The notes beneath the pieces were generated by a model, which ran no database searches, had not been told where the DNA came from, and worked only from the letters and a program-made list of their open reading frames with translations. Shown piece by piece: positions 1 to 10,552 of a stretch of DNA of 64,000 nt. The stretch is from assembly GCF_964213995.1 (NCBI RefSeq), contig NW_027590215.1:372001-436000 (forward strand), written 5' to 3'. Each line of letters begins with the position of its first letter. The first letter of the stretch is position 1. The position numbers and the translations under genes were made by a program. This DNA comes from Mustelus asterias. Taxonomy: Eukaryota.

Positions 1-719
1 TCTGCCATTTACTATATATTTTCTATCTGTATTAGACCTTCCAAAATGCATGACCTCACATTTGTCCGGATTAAACTCCATCTGCCATTTCTCCATCTAA
101 GTCTCCAACCAATCTATATCCTGCTGTATCCTCTGATGGTCCTCATCGCTATCAGCAAATCCACAAACCTTTGTGTCATCCGCAAACTTACTAATCAAAC
201 CAGTTACGCTTTCCTCCAAATCATTTATATATATTAGAAACAGCAAAGGTCCCAGCACTGATCCCTGAGGAACACCACTTGTCACAGCTCTCAATTCAAA
301 AACGCACCCTTCCACTGCTACCCTCTGTCTTCTATGACCGAGCCAGTTCTGTAGCCACCTTGCCAGCTCACCTCTGATCCCATGCGACTTCACCTTCTGC
401 ACCAGTCTGCCATGAGGGATCTTGTCAAAGGCCTTACTGAAGTCCATGTAGACAACATCCACTGCCCTACCCTCATCAATCATCTTTGTCACTTCCTCGA
501 AAAACTCGATCAAGTTAGTGAGATACGACCTCCCCTTCACAAAACCATGTTGCCTCTCGCTAATAGGTTCACTTATTTCCAAGTGGGAGTAAATCCTGTC
601 CGGAGAATCCTCTCCCATAATTTCCCTACCACTGATGTAAGGCTCACCGGCCTGTAATTACCTGGATTATTCTTGCTACCCTTCTTAAACAAAGGAGCAA
701 CATTGGCTATTCTCCAATC
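1..719 (-). mobile_element. CR1-clade LINE ORF2 reverse-transcriptase fragment, frameshifted
   Basis: ORFs 573..788 and 97..618 give [46 protein letters not shown]. Confidence 0.95.
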
Positions 720-992
720 TCTGTGTGGAGTTTGCACATTCTCCTCGTGTCTGCGTGGGTTTTCTCCGGGTGCTCCGGTTTCCTCCACAGTCCAAAGATG
801 TGTAGGCTAGGTGGATTGGCCATTCTAAATTGCCCCTTAGTGTCCCGGGATGCATAGGTTAGAGGGGAAAACCCACGCAGACACGAGGAGAATGTGCAAA
901 CTCCACACAGACAGTGACCCGAGCCGGGATTCGAACCCAGGTCCCTGGAGCTGTGAAGCAGCAGTGCTAACCACTGTGCCACCGTGCCGCCC
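720..992. mobile_element. Two partial HE1-type tRNA SINEs in opposite orientation
   Basis: CTGTGTGGAGTTTGCACATTCTCC body on + then its reverse complement with tRNA-like head on -. Confidence 0.9.
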
Positions 993-1059
993 CGTGAAGC
1001 TGTTTGAAAATCTGATGCTCATTGTTGGTATGCTTTATAACCAGGTGGGAGCAGAAACA

Positions 1060-1250
1060 CAAAGACCCGCCCACTCACGGTTGCGTCACCAATAAAACAG
1101 CGCATGCGCTCTGCTCCCTGCTCAATCAAGATGGCGGCCGTTAACCTGAGCTTCATCTCTGGAAAAAGACCTGAAGCTGCAAACACGGGACCTACGGGCT
1201 CATATTCGATGTTTGAGGCCTTCAACAGATATTTAGAAACCCTCTACGTC
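1060..1250 (+). promoter_or_regulatory. ZNF promoter / first-exon module A (CRE half-site, CCAAT, NRF1, YY1)
   Basis: GCGTCACCAAT, GCGCATGCGC at 1100-1109, CAAGATGGCGGC at 1127-1138; paralogous modules near 19430-19600 (+) and 51450-51640 (-). Confidence 0.7.
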
Positions 1251-1389
1251 CATCCGCCGGTTCCATTGCTCCCTCCATGTTTCTGAATCCTTACCGGCTG
1301 CTGATGAGACAGAGGAACTTCTCTCCAGTTGCTTTCACCCACACGGCGAACGCCGTTGCTTCATGGGCATGCAGTGGATCCGGAACTCG

Positions 1390-1620
1390 TAGCCCCGCCC
1401 CCATTCACTCCGATTGGTTGGAGGACCAGCCGCTGCCGCTCGGTCCTCCAGCCCCGTCCCCTCTTCCTATTGGTCCGGAGCTGCCGTCAATCAGCCCCCG
1501 GGCATTGTGATCTGGAGCATGCGCAGTGTCATTGCTGTCCTTGGCGCTTGTTTGTCCCGGAGAAGCGGAGTCAGCGTTAGGCGGTGGCTGGGAGGATTTG
1601 GAAACACTTTGTGGATCCGC
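1390..1620 (+). promoter_or_regulatory. CpG-rich promoter module B (GC boxes, inverted CCAAT boxes, PBX/PKNOX-type decamer, NRF1-like)
   Basis: CCCCGCCCC, ATTGG x2, CCGTCAATCA (TGATTGACGG on -), GCATGCGCA; recurs at 6645-6936, 51140-51295, 63955-64000. Confidence 0.65.
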
Positions 1621-1944
1621 AAACCCTTCAGAATCATTGTCAGCTCCCTGGTTTGCAGCTGCGGGGCTTCTCCCTCCCGGGAACAGGCCCAGGTTAACGG
1701 CCCCATCCTGGCTCAGCCACTGGAGGATGGTTCACATCAGAGGATGGGGGAGGGGGACAATAAATAAGAGGTTACACTTTGGCCTCAAATCAATGAGGAC
1801 TCTGATCTCTGGGAAGGGAGGAAACCCTGGGAGGTGGGCGGGGAGGATTCACAAACACCCGCTGGAGGCCCCAACACCCCCAATAAGACCCATTGGTTTT
1901 ATTGTCAGTCTGCAGACAGGAGCTGGAGAACTGAACCTGTCTTG

Positions 1945-2208
1945 GTGCTCTCTCCACTCCCATTGTTTTGTTTCTTAAAGACTTGATTAGTTGTAAGTAT
2001 TCGCATTCCAACCATTATTCATGTAAATTGAGTCTGTGTCTTTATAAGCTCTGTTTGTGAACAGAATTCCCACTCACCTGAAGAAGGGGCTTAGAGCTTC
2101 GAAAGCTTGTGTGGCTTTTGCTACCAAATAAACCTGTTGGACTTTAACCTGGTGTTGTTAAACTTCTTACTGTGTTTACCCCAGTCCAACGCCGGCATCT
2201 CCACATCA
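1945..2208 (+). mobile_element. Penelope-like element pseudo-LTR fragment
   Basis: Matches the 3' end of the GIY-YIG-coding elements at 32812-33150 and 62978-63318. Confidence 0.85.
2074..2114 (+). ncRNA. Minimal type I hammerhead ribozyme motif (PLE family 1)
   Basis: TCAC-CTGAAGA-A-GGGGC/GCTTC stem II-GAAA-GC-TT-GTG. Confidence 0.6.
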
Positions 2209-2753
2209 GAACTGAACCCAGACAGAGGAGGGAGGGAGAAAACTGGGAGTGGAGGAAAGAAATGGTGAGATGGGTTTGGATTTCAGCCCAGGGAGGAGGG
2301 AGAGTGTGTGGGACGGGGATTTACAGATTTGGGGGAACAAGAGAGGAAAAAATGTTTTAGAGAAATTAGAATTGTCTGTTCAGAGTTTCTATCTGATTGA
2401 CCGTGACAATTTTTGTAAACTCCTTTTACAGGTGAGGTGAGGAAACATCACATAAAAATCAGACTGAGTATCGATTTATTAGGACCTGAATATCCTGAGA
2501 CTTTGAATGTGGAAGGAGAAATGTTTGTCTGTTCTGCCTGGAGGAGAAGATTTCAAACATCAGTGTGACTGGAAAAGCACTGAGACACACACACCCAAGT
2601 GAGAGTGTTCCAGTGAACTGACTGTGGAAAGAGCTTAAACCAGTTACACAGCCTGAAAAAACATCACACCATTCACATCTGGGAGAAACTGTACATGTGT
2701 TCTGAGGCTTCAACTGATCATTCAACGTGGAGAGACACAAGGACACTGGCACG

Positions 2754-3287
2754 ATGGAGAAACCGTGGAAATGCGAGGACTGTGGGAAGGGATTCAATTA
2801 TCCTTCCCATCTCGAAACTCATCGTCGCAGTCACACAGGAGAGAGACCGTTCATCTGCTGTGTGTGTGGAAAAGGTTTTCTTCAGTCACAACACCTGCAG
2901 TCACACCAACGCTCTCATTCCAATAAGAGACATTTAAAATGTTCCAACTGTGAGAAGAGCTTTAAGAGCAAAAAGCACTTGAAACAACACCAACACACTC
3001 ACACTGGAGAGAGGCCGTTCATCTGTTCTGTGTGTGGGAAGGGATTCACTCAGTCAGCCACACTGATGAGACACCAGCAGACTCACACAGGAAAAAGGCC
3101 GTTCACCTGCTCAGTGTGTGGGAAAGGATTCATTCAGTCATCCACCCTGCTGAGGCATCTGCGAGTTCACACTGGGGAGAGGCCGTTCCCTTGCTCCAAG
3201 TGTGGGAAGGAATTCACTCGGTTAGACACGCTCAGTTTGCATCAGCATGTTCACACTGAAAAATTACTTTTTAAACATTACGAATGA
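2754..3287 (+). CDS. C2H2 zinc-finger protein, 6 fingers, decayed fingers before the start and after the stop
   Basis: [14 protein letters not shown]..., HTGERPF linkers; first ATG at 2754. Confidence 0.8.
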   Translation: MEKPWKCEDCGKGFNYPSHLETHRRSHTGERPFICCVCGKGFLQSQHLQSHQRSHSNKRHLKCSNCEKSFKSKKHLKQHQHTHTGERPFICSVCGKGFTQSATLMRHQQTHTGKRPFTCSVCGKGFIQSSTLLRHLRVHTGERPFPCSKCGKEFTRLDTLSLHQHVHTEKLLFKHYE

Positions 3288-3865
3288 GAGAAGAGTGAGT
3301 TGCAGACACACCAATGCATTCATCTGCTCTGTCAGTGGGAAGGGACTTATTCAGTCACAACACCTATTGAGACATCAGTAAGTTTTTGTGCAAGGGTGGG
3401 ATTCTATCAGTCACTTCCATTGTGTGTTTCTGCTCATGTTAAACTCCAACCCTGTTATAGGAGTTATTGATATTCTAGATAAATGTCACTAAGTCAGTTT
3501 TTATGGAAATGCTCAGTGCTGTGTTAATATTTCTCCAATGTAAGAGGAGACGAATTGATGTCCTGCTACCAGCTTCATTTGGGGCCTTTGCTCATTTCGA
3601 ACTCTAGATTATTTCAGTTCTCACGCCTTCGGTTAGTCTCGTGGACAATTCTCAGCTCCCCATATTTTCCAGAGTGTCTCTCCTGGCGCTGGGATCCAGG
3701 GAAGTTATCGGTCACAGTCCTGTGATCAATAAAGCTAAAAGCAAGTTTGCTTGTTGTTTTTGACTCTTGGACTTCACCCCTGTCCCAAAACATCTCTCTC
3801 TTCTTTGACATGTGAATGGAACATGATGCCTGCAAACCTGGTTTAAATTGAAATCGTCTCAGCAA

Positions 3866-5366
3866 ATTTAACAGGAGCCTGCAGGCTGATGAGACAGTGT
3901 AACACTGTCAGTGTGTTCCTGTACAGCTCTGTATTTAACAGGAGCCTGCAGGCTCATGAGACTTTATGAAGATGTGACTAGTGCGGTTGACAGAGGGGAA
4001 CCGGTGGATGCAGTGTTTTTGGATTTCCAAAAGGCGTTTGATAAGGTGCCTCACAAAAGGTTGCTGAAGAAGATTGGGTCACACGGAGTTGGGGGTAGGG
4101 TGTTAGCGTGGATTGGGGATTGGCTATCCGACGGGAAGCAGAGAGTCGGAATAAATGGGTGCTTTTCTGGTTGGCGGATGGTAACTAGTGGCGTGCCGCA
4201 GGGATCGGTACTGGGGCCTCAACTATTTACCATTTATATAGACGATCTGGAGGAGGGGACTGAGTGCAGGGTAACAAAGTTTGCAGACGACACAAAGATA
4301 AGTGGAAAAGTGAATCGTGTGGAGGGCGTAGAAGGTCTGCAGAGATTTGGACAGGCTGAGTGAGTGGGCGAGGATCTGGCAGATGGAGTATAACGTTAAC
4401 AAATGCGAGATTATTCACTTTGGAAGAAATAATAGCAAATTGGATTATTATCTAAATGGAAAAAATTACAACATGCTACTGTGCAAAGGGACCTGGGGGT
4501 CCTTGTGCATGAGATGCAAAAACCCAGTCTGCAGGTGCAACAGGTGATCAAGAAGGCAAATGGGATGTTGGCCTATATCGCAAGGGGGATAGAATATAAA
4601 AGCAGAGATGTCTTGCTGCATCTGTACAGGGCATTGGTGAGGCCGCAGCTGGAATACTGTGTGCAGTATTGGTCCCCTTATTTGCGGAAGGATATATTGG
4701 CCTTGGAGGGAGTGCAGAGAAGGTTCACCAGGTTGATACCAGAGATGAGGGGTGTTGATTATGAGGAGAGACTGAGCAGATTGGGTTTGTACTCGTTGGA
4801 ATTTAGAAGGCTGAGGGGGGATCTTATAGAGACCTATAAGATAATGAAGGGGCTGGATAGGGAAGAGGTGGAGAGATTCTTTCCACTGAGAAAGGAAACT
4901 AGAACTAGAGGGCACAGCCTCAAAATAAAGGGGGGTCAGTTTAGGACAGAGTTGAGGAGGAACTTCTCTCAGAGGGTGGTGAATCTCTGGAATTCTCTGT
5001 CCACTGAAGTGGTGGAGGCTTCCTCGTTGAATATGTTTAAATCACGGATAGATGGATTTCTGATCGGTAAGGGAATTAGGGGTTATAGGGATCAGGCGGG
5101 GAAGTGGAACTGATCCACTTCAGATCAGTCATGATTTTATTGAATGGCGGGGCAGGCTCGAGGGGCTAGATGGCCTACTCCTGCTCCTATTTCTTATGTT
5201 CTTATGACTCTTACACTGTCTGTGCTCCTGTACTGCTCTGTATTTAACAGGAGCCTGCAGGCTGATGAGACAGTGTAACACTGTCAGTGTGTTCCTGTAC
5301 AGCTTTGTATTTAACAGGAACCTGCAGGCTGATTAGACTTATACGGTCAGTGTGCTCCTGTACTGT
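3866..5366 (+). repeat. About 65-bp minisatellite (4 units) split by a CR1 insertion
   Basis: TTTAACAGGAGCCTGCAGGCTGATGAGAC...CCTGTACAGCTCTGTA units at about 3866, 3933, 5243, 5310. Confidence 0.85.
3960..5206 (+). mobile_element. 5'-truncated CR1 LINE (RT C-terminal half, 3' UTR, tail), frameshifted
   Basis: ORFs 3911..4363 and 4481..5113; [29 protein letters not shown]; TTCTTATG tail. Confidence 0.95.
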
Positions 5367-5922
5367 GGAGCCTTTGCTGTTATGAAATGTGGGTGAAAAG
5401 TAATGAGACTCATATCCTTGCTCATGTTGCTGTGATTGTGTAGAAAGGGGGATGTGTAAAGAGCTGGTCTTTGTGTGGAGATGTGAACCAAGGAAATGGT
5501 ATCTGTTTGTGAGTGACACAACCTTGTGCTCACACTCAGAACAATGCACAGATATCATTCTGGTTATGGTTTGAACAGGGTCAGATCACAACTGTAGTGA
5601 GCAATTTAAATATAAATATCTCCAGTATAGCTGCAGCTTGTTCGATCAGAGCTGGGGAGGAGAGAGCTCTGAATCCACTGTATTATCTCTGTTCTCCAGA
5701 CTGGGTAACTTTTTAAATCGAATGATATTTCATTCAAGAAACAGGCTTACAGCCAATGGGTCTTATTGGGGGTGTTGGGGCCTCCAGCGGGTGTTTGTGA
5801 ATCCTCCCCGCCCACCTCCCAGGGTTTCCTTCCTTTCCAGAGATCAGAGTCCTCATTGATTTGAGGCCAAAGTGTAACCTCTTATTTATTGTCCCCCTCC
5901 CCCATCCTCTGATGTGAACCAT

Positions 5923-6129
5923 TCGCATTCCAACCATTATTCATGTAAATTGAGTCTGTGTCTTATAAGTTCTGTTTGTGAACAGAATTCCCACTCACCT
6001 GAAGAAGGGGCTCAGAGCCTCGAAAGCTTGTGTGGCTTTTGCTACCAAATAAACCTGTTGGACTTTAACCTGGTGTTGTTAAACTTCTTACTGTGTTTAC
6101 CCCAGTCCAACGCCGGCATCTCCACATCG
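5923..6129 (+). mobile_element. PLE pseudo-LTR fragment with hammerhead motif (about 5995-6035)
   Basis: Near-identical to 2000-2208; CTGAAGA-A-GGGGC/GCCTC-GAAA-GC-TT. Confidence 0.85.
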
Positions 6130-6559
6130 TGAACCATCCTCCAGTGGCTGAGCCAGGATGGGGCCGTTAACCTGGGCCTGTTCCCGGGAGGGAGAAGCCC
6201 CGCAGCTGCAAACCAGGGAGCTGACAATGATTCTGAAGGGTTTGCGGATCCACAAAGTGTTTCCAAATCCTCCCTAATGTCCAACCGCTTCAGCGCTGTC
6301 CCTGCGGTAAAGCTGAGGCCTGGGCCAGAAGTTGGTGCTGTTTCCAGTGCAGCCGTGGTTTCCATTCCCACCCTGTGCTCACAATCTCCTCCAGAACCCT
6401 CACCAACACCATGACTGACACTGAGCATGCTCAGAGCGTGCACCCACACCACCTGATGTGGAGGTGCCGGTGTTGGACTGGGTGAGTCACCTGATAAAGG
6501 GGCGGAGCTCCGAAAGCTCCTGATTCCAAATAAACCTGTTGGACTTTCACCTGGTGTGA

Positions 6560-7080
6560 TTTCTTACTGTGCACACCACACCTGCGCAGTGCGTTCCCAG
6601 GCTCCCCAGCGCCTGATCATCTTTCCGCATGCTCCACTCCCAGCCTGGACCCGCCCCTCATTTACTCTCATTGGCTGGAGGACCAGCCGCTCCCGCTGGG
6701 TCCTCCAGCCCCGCCCCTCATTCACTCCGATTGGTTGGAGGACCAGCTGCTCCCACTCGGTCCCCCAGCCCCGCCCCCTCTTCCTATTGGCCCGGAGCTG
6801 CCGTCAATCAACCCCCGGGCATTGTGATGTGGAGCATGCGCAGTGTCATTGCTGTCCTTGGCGCTTGTTTGTCCCGGAGAAGCGGAGTCAGCGTTAGGCG
6901 GTGGCTGGGAGGATTTGGAAACACTTTGTGGATCCGGAGGCGGGAAGGAGCTCGAGCCGGCGGGTTTTCAATGGAAATTTTAAATGGCGCGGATCCAGAG
7001 CCCGAAAGAAAACCGGAAACATAAATGGATCCGGGCGGTGAGGCTTCATAAACACCCGGTGTCGGTCAGATGCCGGATCT
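6560..7080 (+). promoter_or_regulatory. CpG-rich promoter / first-exon region, likely of the ZNF at 9319
   Basis: Three tandem GC-box plus ATTGG units, CCGTCAATCA, GCATGCGCA, AAATGGCG. Confidence 0.6.
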
Positions 7081-7087
7081 CGGGTCA

Positions 7088-7832
7088 GGGTGACACAGTG
7101 GTTAACACTGCTGCTTCACAGCGCCAGGGACCCGGGTTCAATTCCCAGCCTCGGTCAGTGTCTGTGTGGAGTCTGCACATTCTCCTCGTGTCTGCACGGG
7201 TTTCCTCCGGGTGCTCCGGTTTCCTCCCACAGTCTGAAAGACATGCTGGTTAGGGTGCATTGACCCGAACAGGTGCCGGAGTGTGGCGACTAGGGGATTT
7301 CCACAGTAACTTCATTGCAGTGTTAATGTAAACCTACTTGTGACACTAATAATTAAACTTTAATCCCTCAATTTGTGAGGCAAAATCCTCAGATGTTAAC
7401 ATCGGCCATCTTTATTAAGGGCAAAACCAAATGGATAATCCTCAGCAAACAAAACATCAGAGATAGAGTTTGCTGTGAAATCAGTGGGTTGTTGTAAAAC
7501 AGGAGGTCAGAATTATAGCCAACAACAACTTCTATTTATAATATCATAAATCATCCCAGTGCACTTCACACAAGTGGCACAGTGGTTAGCACTGCTGCCT
7601 CACAGCGCCAGGATTCAATTCCCGGCTTGGGTCACTGTGTGGAGTTTGCACATTCTCCACCGTGTGTGCGTGGGTTTCCTTCGGGTACTATGGTTTCCTC
7701 CCACAGTCGGAAAGTTGTGCTGGTTAGGTGCATTGACCCAAACAGGTGCTGGAGTGTGACGACTAGGGGAATTTCACAGTAACTTCATTGCAGTGTTAAT
7801 GTAAGTCTTACTGGTGACTGATAAATAAACTT
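7088..7832 (+). mobile_element. Two HE1-related tRNA SINEs (7088-7360, 7574-7832) with the GGCGACTAGGGG-type tail
   Basis: GCACAGTGGTTAGCACTGCTGCCTCACAGC head and conserved body. Confidence 0.85.
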
Positions 7833-8550
7833 TAAGGAACATTATAAAACAAAGTGAGATTCCCAGATACATCAGGAGATATTAGGACAGATAACCAAAA
7901 ACTTGGACAAAGAGGTGAGTTTAAAAGAGGCTTAAAGGAGGAAAGTGAGGGAGAGACAGAGAGGTGTAGGAAGGGAATTCAGATCCTGGGGCTGAAGACC
8001 TGAAGACACGACCACCAGTAGTGGAGCAATTACAGTAGGGAATGTACAAGAGCAGCACTGATATCTCGGATGTTTGTGGGAAGATTACAGAGATCAGGAG
8101 GGCTGAAGCCATGGAACGATTTGAAAACAAAACAATCAAGGTGTTTCATGACTGGGAGCCAAGGCAAGTCAGGGAGGACAGGGGTGATCAGGGACTTGCT
8201 GTTAATTAGGAAAGGGTTGGCAGACTTTTGGATGACTTCACGTTTCCATGGGTAAAATGTGGGAGACCTGCAAGAGTGCGATGGAACAGTTGAGTTTGGA
8301 GGTAACAATGGCCTGAATGAGGGTTTGAGCAGCAGATGCACTGAGGTAGAGCTGAGGTCATGTGATGTTACCGAGGTGGAAATAGGTGGTCCCAGAAACT
8401 TGGGATCAAATGGGACACCGAGGTTATGAACAAACTAGCTTAATTTCAGACATTTGCCAGGAAGAGGGATTGAGTGGATTGCAAAGGAACAAGACTTGGA
8501 AGGGGGACCAAAAACAGTGGCTTCAGTATTCTTGATATTTAATTGAGGTT
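7833..8550 (-). mobile_element. Old L2-like LINE 3' fragment
   Basis: Minus-strand residues ITPVLPDLPWLPV and VFKSFHGFSPP resemble the L2 ORF2 C-terminus. Confidence 0.6.
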
Positions 8551-9318
8551 AATTAGTCAGCAGGAAGAGAACCAGAAAGCAGAATGGGCCATGAGACTGA
8601 AACCAGGTTTAACTTAGTTAGAGAGGGAGGTTTAGAGAAACCCTCTTCACAATTTCTCATCAAATCTCTAAACAGTCAGTTCTGGACACAAAGTTAACAT
8701 CTGCTATTCTGACTGATCGGGTCAGGGTGATTCAGATTAATGTTTTCTCATGTGTAATGAATGAAGTGAATCATCGAAAATACCATCTCGAGTTGTACAC
8801 ATTTTTAAGAGGAAACTGAAATAATTATCTGTCAATTTATTTGGATTTCAGTTCAGGGAGGAGGGAGAGTGTGTGGGATGGGGATCTGCAACTGTGGGGG
8901 TTCGAGAGGAAAGAATTCCAGAGAAACTAGAATTGTCTGTTCAGAATTTCTATCCTGGACTGTTCGTGATGACTTTTATTGATGGTTTTTACAGGTGTTA
9001 GAAGTTGAGGATTGCAGATGGGAATCTCAATCCAGACCTCACATCAAGATCTGACAGAATCACTCGATTCATAGGACCTGGATATCATCATAGTTGGAAA
9101 GTGGAAGGAGAAATGTTTGTTTGTTCTGTCTATGGGAAAAGATTTCAAACATCGGTGTGACTGGAAAAGCACCGAGACACACAGTGAGAGTGTTCCAGTG
9201 AACTGACTGTGAAAAGAGCTTTAACCAGTTACACAGCCTGAAAATACATCACCATTCACAGCGAGGAGAAACTGTACACGTGTTGTGTGTGTGGACGAGG
9301 CTTCAACTGATCATCAAC

Positions 9319-10026
9319 ATGGAGAGACATGATGACACTGACACTGACACCACAGAGAAACCGTGGATATGTGGCGACTGTGGGAAAGCATTCACTTGCC
9401 CATCCAAACTGGAAACTCATCGACGCACCCACACTGGGGAGAGACCCTTCACCTGCTCCACATGTGGGAAGGATTTCACTCAGTCATCCAACCTAGCATT
9501 ACATCAGCGTGTTCACACTGGGGAGAGGCCGTTCAGCTGCTGTGTGTGTGGGAAAAGGTTCATTCAGTCATACAATCTAGCGTTACACCGGCGGGTTCAC
9601 ACTGGGGAGAGGCCATTCACCTGCTCCGTGTGTGGGAAGGGATTCATTAATTCCTCTAACCTAGTGGCACACCAGCGAGTTCACTCCGGGGAGAAACCAT
9701 TCAGCTGCACTGACTGTGGAATGAGCTTTAGGCTTTCATCCACCCTGCTGAAACACCAGCGAGTTCACACTGGGGAGAGGCCATTCAGCTGCACTGACTG
9801 TGGAAAGAGTTTCAGACACTCAGGCAGTCTCACTGTACACCAGCGAGCTCACACTGGGGAGAGGCCATTCACCTGCTCCGAGTGTGGGAAGGGATTCACT
9901 GATTCATGCCAATTGCTGAGACATGAACGAGTTCACACCGGGGAGAGGCCGTTCACCTGCTCCGAGTGTGGGAAGGGATTCATTGATTCATCTCAGCTGC
10001 TGAAACACCAGCGAGTTCACAAGTGA
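9319..10026 (+). CDS. C2H2 zinc-finger protein, 8 fingers
   Basis: Eight intact CxxC-x12-HxxxH units with TGERPF linkers; first ATG at 9319. Confidence 0.85.
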   Translation: MERHDDTDTDTTEKPWICGDCGKAFTCPSKLETHRRTHTGERPFTCSTCGKDFTQSSNLALHQRVHTGERPFSCCVCGKRFIQSYNLALHRRVHTGERPFTCSVCGKGFINSSNLVAHQRVHSGEKPFSCTDCGMSFRLSSTLLKHQRVHTGERPFSCTDCGKSFRHSGSLTVHQRAHTGERPFTCSECGKGFTDSCQLLRHERVHTGERPFTCSECGKGFIDSSQLLKHQRVHK

Positions 10027-10259
10027 GGGCAGGGATTGGATTCTGCTGTTATTGCTGCTGTTAATGACAACCGGGCCCTTTCATTCTGACAGCTGGAGTT
10101 TGTTTCTGCTGATGTTAATACAGCCGGTAACTGGGCTGGAGTTTAATATTCTGGATCTAGAGGTGATTGTGCTCCTGGGGCTGCAGTTACCGCGGTCCAT
10201 CTGAAATTAGTTTACAACAAGATTCAGAACTTTTACTTCAATCTCAAATTGTTTCAGTG

Positions 10260-10552
10260 AAGTTTATTTATTAGTGTCACAAGTAGGCTTACATTAACAC
10301 TGCAATGAAGTTACTGTGAAAATCCCCCAGTCGCCACACTAGTCGCCTGTCCGGGTTACACTGAGGGAGAATTCAGCATGGCCAATGCACCTAACCAGCA
10401 CATCTTTCGGACTGTGAGGAAACCAGAGCACCTGGAGGAAACCCATGCAGACACGGGGAGAATGTGCAGAGTCCGCACAGATAGTGACCTAAATCAGGAA
10501 TCGAACCCGGGTCCTGGCGCTGTGAGGCAGCAGTGCGAACCACTGTGCCGTC
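10260..10552 (-). mobile_element. HE1-related SINE
   Basis: Reverse complement of SINE head, body and tail. Confidence 0.85.

Noticed and set aside
2608-2631. TGA at the first Cys position of a fossil finger (FQ*TDC) in three paralogs, suggesting selenocysteine or readthrough
   Set aside because: The surrounding frame is broken by different indels and extra stops in the copies, and no SECIS was recognised; shared ancestry of a nonsense mutation explains it.
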